Notes: generated by a model from the sequence alone, not told the origin. 64,000 nucleotides of DNA from an uncultured Thermoleophilia bacterium (GCA_963715985.1 CAVQSP010000013.1:1-64000), one strand, 5' to 3'. Counted from the first letter of the stretch, positions 18,598 to 31,501 are shown. Numbers and translations: made by a program.

Positions 18598-20613
18598 TCA
18601 GCGCCGCCGCCTCCTCCCCCGCCGCCTCCCCCGCCTCCACCGGAGAAGCCGCTCGAGCCGCCGAATGAGCTGCTCGACGAGCTCCCGCTGCCGGACGAGG
18701 GCGGGGAGGCGGCGACCACGGCGGCGCTCAGGCCCTCCGAGAACGACGACACGGCTCCGAACGCGCCGCCGAAGGCGACCGCGTTCGACGGCGATGTGAA
18801 CCAGAAGACGTCCTGATAGGCGGCGTCTTCCATGACTTCGGGTACGTGGATCAGCATCTGCGCCAGCACCTTGTCGGCGATACCGAAGACCACGGCCATG
18901 ACCAGGTACTGCTCCCACAGCACGACGGCGTCCGGCGGCTTCTCCTGCAGGCGGCCGAAGTCGCGCAGGTACCGGTAGAGCGCCCGGTACTGCGCGTAGA
19001 GCTCGGCCGCCTCCCGCGAGCGCCGCCGCATCACACCCGAGAGGGACGCGAGGACGACGAGGCCGAGCACCGGCAGGAGCATCCACCACTCCGCGCTCCA
19101 CACCGCCGCGCCGAAGGCGACGGCGGCTGCAAGACCCGCGGCAAGGGCGGCGAGGGCGACGTGCCTGCCGCCGCCCTTCTCGGTGAAGCCGAGCTCCTGG
19201 GCGCGCTTCTCCACGCCCGCGCGCCAGGCCCCGACGCCTCTCCTGAACTTCGAGGGGTGCTTCTTCGCCCACTTCTGCAGCTCAGCCAGGGTCAGAGAGT
19301 CGTTCTCAGCCACCTCGCCGAACAGGAGGTCGACCAGCGGCTCGTTGAGCGTGTCGACCCGGTCCAGCTTGTCCACCTGGAGGGTCATCCTGAAGCCGGG
19401 CGCGTCCGCTGCGCCGTCGCCGTTGCGCGCGCCGCGCCGCCGGTCGTGCGAGGGCGTCTGGCTCCAGGCGCACGACCCCGTCCACGGCCAGTCCCAGCAG
19501 CGTGGCGGTGAGGTCGGCGTCGTTCACCGGGCCCATGCGCCACAGCACGCCGACCAGCGCCGGCGGCAACCCCTCCGGCACCTCCCGGAGGTAGCGCGCG
19601 CGAAAGCGGGGGCGGTACTCGCGCCCGTTGCGCACGAAGATGAAGAGCCACACGGCCAACGCCAGGGCCGCGGCCACGACGGTCACCTTCCACGCGGTCC
19701 TGTCGATGCGGTGCTCCATCGCGACTTGGGCGCGGGCGGCGGCGCGCACGGCGTTGGCCGCCGCCGCCAGCCGCTGCTCTGTCGCGAGGCGGATGTCGAC
19801 CACCTCGATGGGGACCTGGTCCTCCTCCGATAGGAGGTCCGGCGGGAAGAGCTCGTGCACCTCCACGAAGGTCTCCGGCGGCAGGTCGTCTACAGAGAGC
19901 GCGACGGAGCCGTCTGCGCGCACCGTCAGGACGCCGTTCAAGGGGCCGTGACCCCAGGCCCGCACGTTCGCCCTGCTCGCCCCCTCAGGCAGACCGACGA
20001 CGGCGCGGACCTTGGCGATCGGCACCGTCCAGTCTCGTCCGACCAGCTGCCACTCGAGCTCTCCGGCGTCCTTCCAGCGCTCCGCGGCTCCCCCCGCGGT
20101 CCAGCGGAAGGTGAAGTCGGCCGTGGTGTCGCGCAGGTCCGCGAAGGCTTCGATGCGCGTCACGGTGCCGAGGCTCGGGGCGAACGCCGAGGTGACGCGG
20201 TAGTAGCCGGGCGGCCGCTCCTCGGGGGCGATCGATGTCCACGGCGAGGGGGTGGCCTCGGCGCCGGGGGTGATGGAAGCGGGTGGTCCCATGGCCGGCG
20301 TCCAGCCGGACGGCATGCGCCGCAGCTCTCCCTGCGGTCCGTCGACGCCCAGCACCGTGATCGGGTGTCCGTCCCAGGGGATGTCGCGGTACACGCGCGT
20401 GAACCGACCGTGGAAGGTGTACGTGAAGCGCTCGACCGTGGACAGCGTCCCGTCGGTGAGGACTACGTCCTGGATGTGCAGCGCGTCGATGGAGTAGGAC
20501 TTGCGCTGCGACGGCACGATCCAGGCGAACACGGCGACGAGGATCACCGCGATCGTCACGACCACGATGATGGTCCATCCCAGGCATCCGAGTCCCGACT
20601 TGGCGCCGCGCAC
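18594..20613 (-). CDS. DUF2207 family membrane protein, frameshift near 19400-19450
   Basis: YSIDALHIQDVVLTDGTLSTVERFTYTF, VRAWGHGPLNG, LWEQYLVMAVVFG and a Gly/Ser-rich tail. Confidence 0.88.
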
Positions 20614-20693
20614 GCCGTCCCCCGCCGCGAGTCCGCCCGGCCCTGCCCGCGGCCGGTCCGCCGAATACTACAGTGCCAGGGGGCTGCCCCCGG

Positions 20694-21934
20694 TCAGGTG
20701 ACGTCCGGGAAGGCGAACACCGCCTTGACCGCCTGGTTCCTGCCCTTCTGGTGTGCCAGCAGCAGCGCCTCGCGGTAGTCCTCGAGGGCGAAGCGGTGCG
20801 TCACCACACGTGGCAGGTCGAGGCGGCCGGCGGCGAGCAGGTCCAGGAAGTGCTCGAAGGCGTGCTTGCGCTCCCCCTCGAACTCCTCCACGCCGAAGGC
20901 GTTGGAGCCGACGAGCTCGATCTCCTTGAAGTACTGCGGCGTCCACTCGAAGCGCTTCGGCTTGCTCACGCCGGTGATGACGATGCGCGACAGGGGGCGG
21001 GCCACGCGCAGGCCGGCGGCCAGCGTGCCGGCCGACCCGACGCTGTCGTAGATGACGTCGACGCCGCCGTGCAGCCACGGCGGGCCGAAGCGAGGCTTGA
21101 TCGGGCTTCTCGCCGGTGATGCGCGCGACGTCCCGGACGAGGTCCTCCGTCGAGCCCGACGGGCAGCACCCAGCGGGCGCCCATCGTCTGGGCAAGCTCC
21201 CGCTGGAACGGGTAGCGGGCGACGGCGATGACGTCGGCCTTGGGATACGCCGCGCGCAGGAAGCCGATGGCCAGCAGGCCCAGCGTGCCGCAGCCGTACA
21301 CGAGCGCCTTGGCTCCGTCGGCCGGCGGCGCCTTGAGCACGGCGTGCATGCTCACCGAGAACGGGTCGGCGACCACGGCCTGCTCGAACGTGACCCCGTC
21401 CGGGATCGGGAACAGCTGCGACTCGTGGGCGGGCAGCAGCGGCGCGAACCCGCCCCCGGCGTCGCGGCAGTTGCCGGTGTGCAGCGCCGGGGCCAGCCTG
21501 CCGTCGGAGAAGTGCTCGCAGAGGTAGTAGTGGCCCTCGGCACAGGCAGGGCACACCGGGTCGATGCCACGCGGCGCGCAGGAGAGCCACGGGTTGAGGG
21601 CGACGCGGTCGCCGGGCTTCACTCGCGTGACTTTGGCACCGACCTTCTCCACCACGCCCACGACCTCGTGGCCGGGGATGCACGGGAAGGAGACGAGGCC
21701 GCTGAGCGGGTTGTCCATCTCGGCGTCCAGGAAGATGAGCTTGGTGTCGCTGCCGCAGATGCCGCACAAGGCCGTGCGCACCACCGTCCAGTCCTCGGCG
21801 ATCAACCCAGGCTCCGGCACGTCGAGCAGTCGTGTGGGGGCGGTCGCGGCGAGATAGGCCTTGGGGTTCACCTTGCCGGCCGCCATGGTGGCGACGATGC
21901 GGGGGAGGTCGTAGTCGAAGACCACCGCTTTCAT
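20694..21934 (-). CDS. Zn-dependent alcohol dehydrogenase (MDR), frameshifted near 21110-21165
   Basis: CGICGSD, GHEVVG, CxxxxxxxxCxxCxxxxxxxC Zn site, VYGCGTLG; C-terminus in ORF 20694-23015; SD aaggagg. Confidence 0.9.
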
Positions 21935-21949
21935 GGTCCCCTCCTTGCT

Positions 21950-22996
21950 TGGGGATGGGGCGGACGCCGAGGGTGCCGCGGCGCCGCCTGTGAGCTTCCC
22001 GGACGTGGGCGGCGCGTACCCGTTGGCGCGATACCACTCCACGGCTTTCGTCAGCGCCTCCCTGGCCGGGGTCTGCGGGAAGCCCAGCTCGCGCACCGCC
22101 TTGGCCGAGGAGTACGCCTCGCGGCGCCGCGAGAGCCGGGCGCTGGTCGGGGTGGCGACCGGTGTGTGACGAGGGTCGACCGTCGCGCGGGCCACATCGG
22201 CGTAGCCCCAGCCGATGGCCACGGCGTGCGGGATGCGCAGGCGAGGCGCCTGCAGGCCCGAGACGTCGGCGAGCAGCTCCAGCATGGCCTTCAGCGTGAG
22301 GGTCTCGCCGCCGAGGATGTAGCGCTCGCCGATCCTGCCCTTGCGGGCGGCGAGCACATGACCCTCGGCGACGTCGTCCACGTCGACCAGCGTCAGGCAG
22401 GTGTCGACGTAGGCCGGCATGCGCCCGTTGAGGAAGTCGATGACCATGCGTCCCGTGGGCGTGGGCTTGTAGTCGCCGATGCCGACGGGCGCGGCGGGGT
22501 TCACGATGACGATCGGCGCGCCCTCCGCCACCAGGCGGCGCGCCTCCTCCTCGGCCATGAACTTGGAGCGCTTGTAGTGGCCGAGCATGTCGGCCAGCGA
22601 CACCGGCGTCTCCTCGTCCCCCGGGGAGCCGTCCGCCGGCTGGCCCAGCGTGGCGATGGAGCTCGTGTACACGATGCGCGGGACGCCGGACTTCCAGGCC
22701 ATGCGCAGGGCGTTGTGGGTGCCGTCCACGTTGGTGGTGAAGAACTCGTTCCAGGTGTGGCCCCAGAAGCTGTAGAGGGCGGCCACGTGGTAGACCTCGT
22801 CGCAGCCCTCGCAGCCGCGCTGCAGGGCATCGGGGTCGGCGAGGTCGCCGGTGACGATCTGCACGGGCAGCCCGGCGAGCATGCGCAGGTCGCTGCCATC
22901 GCGCACCAGCACTCGCACCTCGCACTCCTCCGCCAGCAGGCGGCGCACGACGGCGCTGCCCACGAAGCCGTTGCCGCCGGTCACGAACGCACGCAT
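21950..22996 (-). CDS. HpnA-like NAD-dependent epimerase/dehydratase (3' end uncertain)
   Basis: VTGGNGFVG, YHVAALYSFW, YTSS, HYKRSK and DYKPTPTGRMVIDFLNGRMPAYVDT; reads in frame into the ADH in this assembly. Confidence 0.85.
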
Positions 22997-24284
22997 TCGG
23001 CCTCCTCTCGGGCATGGCCCGCGACTGCGGACCGCTCGGGCACCAGGTCGGGCCCGTCGATCTCCTCGAGCACGGCGCGCACGTAGCCGGACGCGCGCCG
23101 CAGGAACGTCGCCGACACGGTGTCGGCCGTGTCGTCGGTGCGATGCCAGTGGGGGAGCGATCCCGTGCCCGGGTCGACGCCGGCGATGCAGATCGCGCGG
23201 TAGCCCCGGCGCCTCAGAGTGGTGACCTCGTCCTCGAGGGTCATCTCGCCTTCCGTGACACCGAGCTCCGGCCGCCGTGCCGCGGCGCGCGCGGCGGCGC
23301 CGAGCAGAGCCGCGTCCGCGCGCACGTGGTCGCAGAGGCCTTCGCGCGCGAGGTACGTGAGGCGGCCGCTGCCCAGGCCTTCCAGGCCGACGAAGGCAGC
23401 CGCCCGCATGGCCGCCGGCTCGTCGCGCAGCAGCGCGTACAGGCCGGCGTGGTCGGTCTCTTCGGCGCCGGTGAACGCCAGCACCACCTCGGTGCGCCGC
23501 AGCGGCCGCGCGGCGAGCGTACGCGCCGTGTCGAGCGCCACCGCCACGCTGGCGGCGTTGTCGTGGGCGCCGGGCGAGAACGGCGTGACGCTCGTCGCGG
23601 ACCAGGGTGACCAGCATGGCCACGGCGTAGGCGGCAGGCACCAGCGAGATCCGCCAGAGACGGCGGGCGGCCACGCGTGACCTCGTCGCCGCGCCCGCCG
23701 CGTACAGCCCTCCCAGCAGGCCGAGCATGCCGAGCGTGAGCCAGGTCATCGGCTCCAGCCAGCGGACGGCGCCAGAGCGCCAGGCCAGGCGGGCACGGTT
23801 GGTGTCGAGGTGGGCGAGCAGCACCACCCGCTGCTCGGAGCGCTCGCGCGGTGCCACCGTCGCAACGACGTTGCCGCTCCGCACGCTCGGGCAGCAGCCG
23901 GTGGAGCGGGTTGGTGGAGAGGCGGATGGCGCGCCACAGGAGCGGCGCCGTGGGGAGGGCGAGGGCGGCCGCGGCGCGGCGGCCGGCCGCCCCTCCGCGC
24001 GGGTAGACGGCGACGGCCAGCAGCGCCAGCGCCACGCTGGCCAGCGGGAACGCGTTCTGGCTGTGCGTGGCGCGGAACTCCCGGCGCGCCACGGGCAGGC
24101 CGAGCGCGGCGAGGCGGGCGGCGACGTAGTCGCGCGCCGCCCCTTCCGCGCTCGTCCCCGTGCCGCGCGGCCCGATCCTTCCGGCCAGCTCCTGCACGTC
24201 CTCGAAGAGCAGCTGCCCCGCCGGCTGCGTCCGGGAGCGCCGCGGCGGACTCACGGATCGCTCTGCCGGAGCCTCGCCGGTCAC
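22981..24284 (-). CDS. Membrane-bound M28-family peptidase/amidohydrolase, frameshifted
   Basis: IGPRGTGTSAE, LLAHLDT, PGAHDNAASV, FTGAEE and PHWHRTDD across three frames; TM segments. Confidence 0.8.
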
Positions 24285-25711
24285 TGCGAGAGCGCCTGCT
24301 TGATGAGGTGGCCGCTCTGCCGCCACACCTTGCCGCGCACGCGCCCGGCCTCGGTCATCACCTCGTCGAAGGCGGCCACGATGGCGTCCACTTCCTCGTC
24401 GCCTATGGTGAGCGGCGGCAGCAGCTTGATGATGTTCACGTCGGGGCCGCCGACCTGGGTGAGGATGTGGTGGTCGCGCATCAGCGACATCACGACAAGC
24501 TGCGCGAAGAGTCCCTTCTGGGCCGCCTCCGCCGCCGCCCACGCGGCCTTCAGCGTCAAGCTTCGGGGCGGGCGGAACTCGATGCCGATCATGAGGCCCT
24601 TGCCACGCACATCGGCCATCATCTCGTGGCGGCTCTGCAGGGCGGCGAGCCCGGCGAGCAGCCGCTCGCCCGCCGCCGCCGCCCGCTCCACCAGCTTCTC
24701 GTCGTCCATCGCCGCCAGCGTGGCGAGCCCTGCCGCCATGGCGAGCTCGTTCTCCCCGAACGTGGTGGTGTGCACCTGGCAGCGGTCGAGCCGGCAGAAC
24801 ACCTTGTCGTAGATGGAGCGCCGCATCAGCAGCGCCCCGATGGGCATGAACCCGCCGCCCAGCGACTTGGCCAGCGTGACCATGTCGGGTTCCAGACCCC
24901 AGTGCTCGCAGGAGAGAAACCGCCCCGTGCGGCCCATCCCCACCTGCACCTCGTCGCAGACGAACACGGTGCCGTTCTCGCGGCACAGACGCTGCGCCTC
25001 CGGCAGGTAGTCGTCCGCCGGCACGTACACGCCCTTGCCCTGGATGGGCTCCACCACCAGCGCCGCCACATCGCCCTTGCGCAGCTCCCACTGCAGCACG
25101 TCGGTGTCGCCCACCGGCACGCAGTCGAAGCCCGGCATCAGCGGCCCGAAGCCCTTGCGGAACTGGTCGCCGCCGTTGCACGACAGCGTGCCGAGCATGA
25201 CCCCGTGGAAGGCGTGCTCCAGGTACAGCACACGCGGCCGGCCGGTGGCGCCGCGCGCGAACTTGAGCGCCGTGTCCACCACGTCGGAACCGTCGTTGCC
25301 GAAGAAGGCGATGTCCAGACCGGGCGGCATCCGCTTGACCAGCTCCTCGGCGAGCAGGCCGGCGAGCAGCGGCGCGTCCATCTCCACCATGTTGGGGCGC
25401 TGCAGCGCCAGCGCCTCCTCGAGCGCCGCGCGGACGACAGGGTGGTCACGGCCCAGGTTGTACACGCTGTAGCCGGCGATCAGGTCGAGGTACCGCTCGC
25501 CGTCCACGTCCCACAGGTACGCGCCCTCGCCGCGCGCCCAGGCCTTGTCGAAGCCGATGATCGGCAGCACCCGCGCCAGCGCCGGATTGACGTGCTTCGC
25601 ATACAGTGCGTATTGGTCGGCCTGCCGCCGCGCGATGGTGTCGGCCAGTGAGAAACCCATAGCGCCCCCAGTGCCGTCGGTACCCGTCGTGTCAGCCGCC
25701 GGATGGCTCAC
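24281..25711 (-). CDS. Class III PLP aminotransferase, HpnO-like
   Basis: YLWDVDGERYLD, FHG, VEPIQGKG, CDEVQVGMGRTG, LAKSLGGG and HTTTFGEN. Confidence 0.92.
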   Translation of the reverse strand: MSHPAADTTGTDGTGGAMGFSLADTIARRQADQYALYAKHVNPALARVLPIIGFDKAWARGEGAYLWDVDGERYLDLIAGYSVYNLGRDHPVVRAALEEALALQRPNMVEMDAPLLAGLLAEELVKRMPPGLDIAFFGNDGSDVVDTALKFARGATGRPRVLYLEHAFHGVMLGTLSCNGGDQFRKGFGPLMPGFDCVPVGDTDVLQWELRKGDVAALVVEPIQGKGVYVPADDYLPEAQRLCRENGTVFVCDEVQVGMGRTGRFLSCEHWGLEPDMVTLAKSLGGGFMPIGALLMRRSIYDKVFCRLDRCQVHTTTFGENELAMAAGLATLAAMDDEKLVERAAAAGERLLAGLAALQSRHEMMADVRGKGLMIGIEFRPPRSLTLKAAWAAAEAAQKGLFAQLVVMSLMRDHHILTQVGGPDVNIIKLLPPLTIGDEEVDAIVAAFDEVMTEAGRVRGKVWRQSGHLIKQALSQ

Positions 25712-28700
25712 GCCATCATCCGCCCGATCTCGCGCAGCGTGCCGAGCACATCCTCGGGGAGGATGGGAGCCTCCCGGCCCGCCACGTGACAGCTCCAGAT
25801 GAGGTGCGAGACGCGCTCGATGACTTCGGCCGCGTTGGCCGCCTGCCGCAGGCTGCTGGCGGCCACCACCAGCCCGTGGTTCTGCAGCAGCACGGCGCTG
25901 CCGTCGCCGAGCGCGTCGCGCGCGGCCGTCGCAAGCGCCTCGCTGCCCGGCATGATGAACGGCACGCGGGGGATGTCGCCGAAGAAGGCGGCCTCCGTGG
26001 TCACGGGAGTGAACGGGATGCCCGCCATCCCCAGGATGGTGGCGTAGGCTGCGTGCGCGTGCACCACGGCCTCCACGTCAGGCCGGGCCCGGTAGATGGC
26101 GCAGTGCAGCACGCGCTCGGTGGACGGCGCCGCTGCTTCCGGGTCGGCCGCGTTGCCGTCCAGGTCCACGCGGACCATGATGTCCGGCGTCAGCCGGCCT
26201 TTGAACAGCTGGCTCGGAGTGATCCACAGCTCGTCGGTCCCGGGGATGCGCGCGCTCACGTTGCCGCCGGTAGCAGTGAGCAACTCGGCGGCGAACAGCT
26301 CCTCGGCCGTCCGTGTGACTTCCTCCCGCACGGCCGCGGAGACAGGGTCGAGGCCGCCGCCGGCGGCCGGCGGTGGGGCGGCCGTCTGCGAGGCGGATGC
26401 GCCGCTGGAGGCCACGGGGGCGGTGACGGGGGCGGCGGGCGCACCGGCCGTTCCCGATGCGGCCGCCGCCCCCGCCCCTGCGGCCGCTGCCGGCCGTGCC
26501 CGTGGCGCCTGAGGGCGCTGCGGCGGCCACGGCGGTGAAATCGATGCCGCCGGTCTCGGCGCGGGCGGCGCCGTACAGGCGCACGAAGTCCTTCTGCACT
26601 CGCTGTGCGCCCATCGCCGTGCGCACGTCGCCGCTGAAGGAGAGCTTGCCTGTCATGGCCGCCTTGTTCCCGTTCAGTCGTCCGTCGAGGATGGCGTCCA
26701 GCACTTCGCCTTTGGCCTTGAGCCGCATCTTGGCCGGCTCCGGCGGCGCGCCGAAGCCGGTGAGCACGCGGCCGTCGCCAAAGCCGATGAAGAACTCCAG
26801 CCCGAGGTCGCTGACGACGTAGTGAGAGACCAGCGACTTCTTCGCGGCGAACGCCTGCAGCGCACCATCGGCGGCCGCCCGCTCGAGGAACAGGCGCAGC
26901 ACGCGTTCCATCTGGGCGGCCGGGACGGCGCCCGGTCGCGCCCCTCCCGCCGGTGTGGCTGCGTCCGGTGGCACAGTGGCCTGCGCGGCCGCCTCCTGCG
27001 CCGCGACGCTGACTGCGGCCTCGCGCGGCCGTTCCGCCGCCGCCGGCCGCGCGGCCGTCGCGGCGTCTGGTCGCACGTCCGTGACGTCCGGTGCGGGACC
27101 CGACGTGAGGGCGGCGATGGTCGCAGCGTCCGGCGCCACCCGCGGCCGGTCCCACGAAAAGCCGGCCAGCGACTCCGGGTTGAGCACGTGCCGCGGCGCC
27201 TGCCCGGCCACCATGCGGCGCAGGTCGGCGGCGCAGATGCGGCCCTGGTGGGCGCCGACCTCCACCGTGTTGCCGCCGACGTGCGGCGTGGCGATCACAT
27301 TGGGTAGGGCCAGGAGCGGGTCGTCGGCGGCGGGGGGCTCGACGGAGAACACGTCGAGCGCCGCGCCGCCCAGCCTGCCCTCACGCAGGGCCCAGAGCAG
27401 CGCGCCGTCGTCCACCAGCCCGGCGCGGGCGGTGTTCACGAGGAACGCGCCGGGCTTCATCTGGGCGAGTCGAGCGGCGTCGATGAGCCCGCGCGTCTCG
27501 TCGGTCACGGGCGCGTGGAGGCTCACGATGTCGCCGGCCGCGAGCAGCTCGTCGAGCGTCGCCGGCTCGGCGTCCGCCAGACGGATCTCGGCCTCGCTGA
27601 GCAGCGGGTCGTACACCAGCACTCTGGCGCCGAAGGGCGTGAGGCGCCGCGCGACGGCGCGTCCGACGGCGCCCAGCCCGACGAGGCCGACCGTCTTCTC
27701 CCACAGCTCGTGGCCGAGCAGCTCCCCGTGCGCGTGGCCCATGCGGCCCATGTCCCCGGCCTCTCCGCCCGGGGTGCGCAGGAAGGCGTTGGCCGCCACC
27801 AGCCCGCGCGAGAGCATCAGCATGAACGCCAGGGCGAGGTCGGCGACCGCCTCCGCGTTGCGCCCCGGCGCGAACAGCACGGGGATGCCGAGCGCCGTGC
27901 AGGCGGTCAGATCCACGTTCACGGCCTGGCCGCGGCAGGCGGCGATCACGCGCAGCCTGGGGAGGCGCACCAGCGCCTCGGCGTCGGCGATGTCCACCTC
28001 GGTGATGAAGACGTCGCAGCCCTCGAGCGCTTCCACGAGGTCGTCGCCGGTGAGCAGGCGCAGCTCCTCGCGATAGCCGGCGTGGGTGACATCGCCGAGC
28101 GCGCGCAGCTCCGCCAGGGCGACGTCGTCGAGGTCGGCGGTCGCGAGGATGCGCAGCCGCCGGCGCGTCGGGGCCGGGCCGGAGGCCGCCGTGGGCCGGC
28201 CCCCGGCCGCGCCCGTCGGCCTCGCTCCGTCCGTGGCCGCCCGCGCGCGGTCCATCATGTCGCGCAGGGCGATGGCCGAGGCCGCGCGGTCGGCGGGCGC
28301 ACGGACCTCCTGAAGCTGTTTCCACTCGGCGTAGAGCTCGCGGTAGACGGCCGCCCGGGCAGGATCCGGTTCCAGGCGCCGCGTCCGTACCAGGGCGCCG
28401 GCGCCGGCGGCCAGGTCCGCGTAGACGCCGGCGGCGACGCCGGCGCACGCGGCGGCGCCCAGCACGCTCGCCTCGGGCGCCTGCGAGACCTCGATCGGCG
28501 TGTCGGCGACGTCGCAGACCAGCTGCGTCCACAGCTCCGAGCGCGTCATGCCGCCGGTCATTCGGACCTCCGGCGCGCCGCTCTGGGCGCCGGCGGCGGC
28601 GGGCGTGTGGAAGAGCCGTTCGCCGTTCGCCGTGACGGCGAACGCCATCCCCTCGAGCACGGCACGGGCGACGTTACCGCGGCCGTCCGCAACGCCGCCC

Positions 28701-29815
28701 TCCAGCCCGCTCGCGGCCAGATGCGACAGCGACAGCGAGCCGGTCGGCAGCGCCAGCATGTCGCGCGCGTCCATCACCTGCGCGCCCAGCGACGACACCA
28801 TGCCGCCCGCCCCGGGTGCCGCGAGTGACGCCTCCGCGAGGAAGTGCGCCAGCGGGTCCGGCGCGCCGGGGCAGAGCAGGCCGGCGAGCCAGACGAGCGC
28901 GTCGCCGGTGGCCCCCGCGTTGCTCTCCAGCACGGCGAGGCCGGGCATCACGTGACGCCCCGCCCAGGCACGCCCTTCGGGGTCAACGTGCGGCGGGACC
29001 GTGACCAGCTGCAGCGGGGCGGTGCTGCCGGCCACGACGCAGAGCTGCCCGGGGCGGATCGCGCCGGTCCCCAGGAGGCCGCACTGGGTGTCGGCGCCGC
29101 CGACAGCCACGGGGACGCCCGCCTGGAGACCGAGGGCGGCCGCCGCGGCGGCGGTCAGAGGGCCGAGCAGCGACCCCGATGCGCGCACCGGTGGAAGGAG
29201 CTCGCGCGGCAGGCCAAGCCGCTGGACAAGGTCCCAGGCCCAGTCGCCGGCGGCCACGTCGTACAGCAGCGTCTCCGCCGCCTGCGAGGGGTCCGTCGCG
29301 AGCACCCCAGTGAGCCGCGCGCCGAGCCAGTCGCTCAAGCTGAAGGCACAGGCGGCACGCGCCAGCAGGTCGGGTCGCTCGGCCGCGAGCCACTGCAGCC
29401 GCGGCGCCAGGAAGATGGGAGCCGGCCAGTGCCCGGTGCGCGCCGCCAGAGTCCCGCCCAGATCCTCGGCGAGGGCGATGCCCTGCGCGGCGGCGCGGGC
29501 GTCGTGGTTGGGGACCGCGAACAGTACTGCGCCCGCGCGGTCCACGATCACGGCGCTGAAGCGCATGCCGGTGACGGCGACGCCGATGACGTCGGCCGCC
29601 GCCGCGCCGGCCTGCCGCAGCGCCGCTGCCGCGGCCTCCTGCACGAGGCGCCAGCACAGCTCGGTGTCGATGTCGAAGGCGAAGAAGCCGGCCTCGGGGG
29701 CGGGCGCCTGACGCCACGGGCGCGAAGCCGTGGATCGGCGCCCGCCCCGCGGGTCGACGAGCGAGCAGCGGACGCTGCTCCCTCCACAGTCCACGCCCAT
29801 CAAGAACTGGCCCAT
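25708..29815 (-). CDS. Fusion: FGGY carbohydrate kinase + D-2-hydroxyacid dehydrogenase + SCP2 + class II aldolase (frameshift near 26450)
   Basis: FGGY: GVDCGGSSVR, GGADTQ, RAVLEG, TGGMTRS. Dehydrogenase: GLVGLGAVG, VNTARAG, ATPHVGG. SCP2: AAMTGKLSFSGD. Aldolase: GGNVSAR, VVHAHA, LLQNHG. The aldolase ORF follows an Ala-rich linker. Confidence 0.85.
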
Positions 29816-30106
29816 GGCGGCCCCTTGTCTGCCCGACCCGCGGGATTGAGGACGACGTCACTATAGTCCAGGGCGCGGAAGCGGAGCCAGAGCCGCCGGA
29901 GCGCCCGCGCAGCCGCCGCACGGGCCGGTCTGCGGCGTTCGACGCTTGTACTGCGACGACACTATGCGCGCTTCTTGACTGCGGCCTGTAGCATGGGTGT
30001 GCGGAGCGCGAATGCGGCCGGAGAACCGTTCGGACCACAGGCGTCCGGATCGCGACCACGCCACGCGATTCACGACGGCGGCCGGCGAGCTGGAGGCGAT
30101 TCTGGG

Positions 30107-31501
30107 ATGGCTCTCGAGACGTCCACCGAGATGGTGCGCGTGACCTCGACTGCAGGGGCGGCGCGGCCTTCCACAAGCCCCCCTGACCTGGACGCCTTCG
30201 TCGCCCTGTCGGCCGCGCAGCGAGGCCCGCTCCTCGTGCGGGCCATCCTCGACGCGCACCGCTATCACTTCGCCCGCAACGCGGCCTACCGGCGGACCGT
30301 GAGCGCCCGCGGCGCGGGCGGCGCAACGGGTGCGGACGGACTCCATCTGCTGCTGAGGCCGGCCTCCCTCACCTTCAAGAGCTACCTCGAGACCATCGGG
30401 CCGTTTCCCCAGGACGACCCCCGCGCCTTCCTCGCCTGGCTCAGCGACCAGCTCTCGATCTCCCTGCCGGTGGATCGGGGGCGGACGCTGCCGCGGCGCT
30501 ACGTGACGATGGAGGGACTGCTCGCCGGCCTGGAGCGCGTCTACGCCGACCTCGGACTGGAGATGGTGACCTCCAGCGGGACCTCGGGCGTGGCGAGCGT
30601 GGTGGCCCGCGATGCCGCCACCACGGATCTCGCCGTCCGGTCGTTCTTCACGGGTATCCGTCGCGCCTGGGGCGTCGACCGCGGCGCGGCCATGGTGTTC
30701 GTCATGCCCGCGCGCACGCGGGTGGCCATGGCCCGCTCGGCGCACATCGGCGTCCGGCAGATGGATTGGGCGGCCGGCACGGCCGTTTACTACACGATGC
30801 CGTTCACGGCGACGCCGGACCGGATCCGGCTGCGAGCGGGCCGCACGTACCACCCCGGCGCACGGGGCGTGATGGAACGGCGGGTGCTGCACCCGACGAT
30901 GGTCTGGGCGGACAGGCGCTGGGTGGCGCGCCGCTACGTGGCTTGTACGCTGGCGCGACTGCGAGAGCTAAGCGCGGCCGGCCGTCCGCTCATGTTGCTG
31001 GGCGGGTCGACGCAGCTCCACGCGGTCGCTCTGGCAGCCCGCGTCGACCTCCCGGCGGGGAGTCGCGTGGCCACCGGCGGAGGGAGCAAGGAGCAGTATC
31101 CCTTCACGCCTGCCCAGATCCGCGGCGATCTCGAGGCGGCGTTCGGAGGCGCGCCCGTGGCCGACGTCTACGGGATGGCTGAGGCCGACTGGGCCGCGTT
31201 CGAGTGTCCTCGCGGCAACCACCACATTCCTCCTTGGGTCTTCGCGGTCGTGACCGACGGCGCCGACCACATCGTCCCGGGACCGGAAGCTACCGGCATG
31301 CTTGCGTTTTTCGATCCCGTGGCCGGTGGGGACGTCTATCCGCCGTTCTTTCAGACCGCGGACCGCGTGACCCTCGTGAACGGAGGCGCGTCCTGGGATC
31401 CCGCGCTGGTCTGTGGGTGCGGGGACGACAGCGCGTACATCGCCGGCGACATCCGGCGCGCCGACCTCATGGACGAAGCCGGCTGCGCGGCTCAGTTGTG
31501 A
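30107..31501 (+). CDS. LuxE-like acyl-protein synthetase
   Basis: VTSSGTSG, TGGGSK, DVYGMAE, HIPPWV, LAFFDP, PFFQTAD and terminal GCA. Confidence 0.85.
   Translation: MALETSTEMVRVTSTAGAARPSTSPPDLDAFVALSAAQRGPLLVRAILDAHRYHFARNAAYRRTVSARGAGGATGADGLHLLLRPASLTFKSYLETIGPFPQDDPRAFLAWLSDQLSISLPVDRGRTLPRRYVTMEGLLAGLERVYADLGLEMVTSSGTSGVASVVARDAATTDLAVRSFFTGIRRAWGVDRGAAMVFVMPARTRVAMARSAHIGVRQMDWAAGTAVYYTMPFTATPDRIRLRAGRTYHPGARGVMERRVLHPTMVWADRRWVARRYVACTLARLRELSAAGRPLMLLGGSTQLHAVALAARVDLPAGSRVATGGGSKEQYPFTPAQIRGDLEAAFGGAPVADVYGMAEADWAAFECPRGNHHIPPWVFAVVTDGADHIVPGPEATGMLAFFDPVAGGDVYPPFFQTADRVTLVNGGASWDPALVCGCGDDSAYIAGDIRRADLMDEAGCAAQL

Noticed and set aside
20966-23884. 972-aa M28-HpnA-ADH fusion
   Set aside because: The HpnA-like and ADH genes each have a strong SD and ATG, and the region has indels; a real HpnA-ADH read-through cannot be excluded but is unsupported.
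21950-25711. Hopanoid biosynthesis cluster
   Set aside because: Only HpnA- and HpnO-like family members are present; no shc, hpnCDE, hpnG or hpnH in the window.
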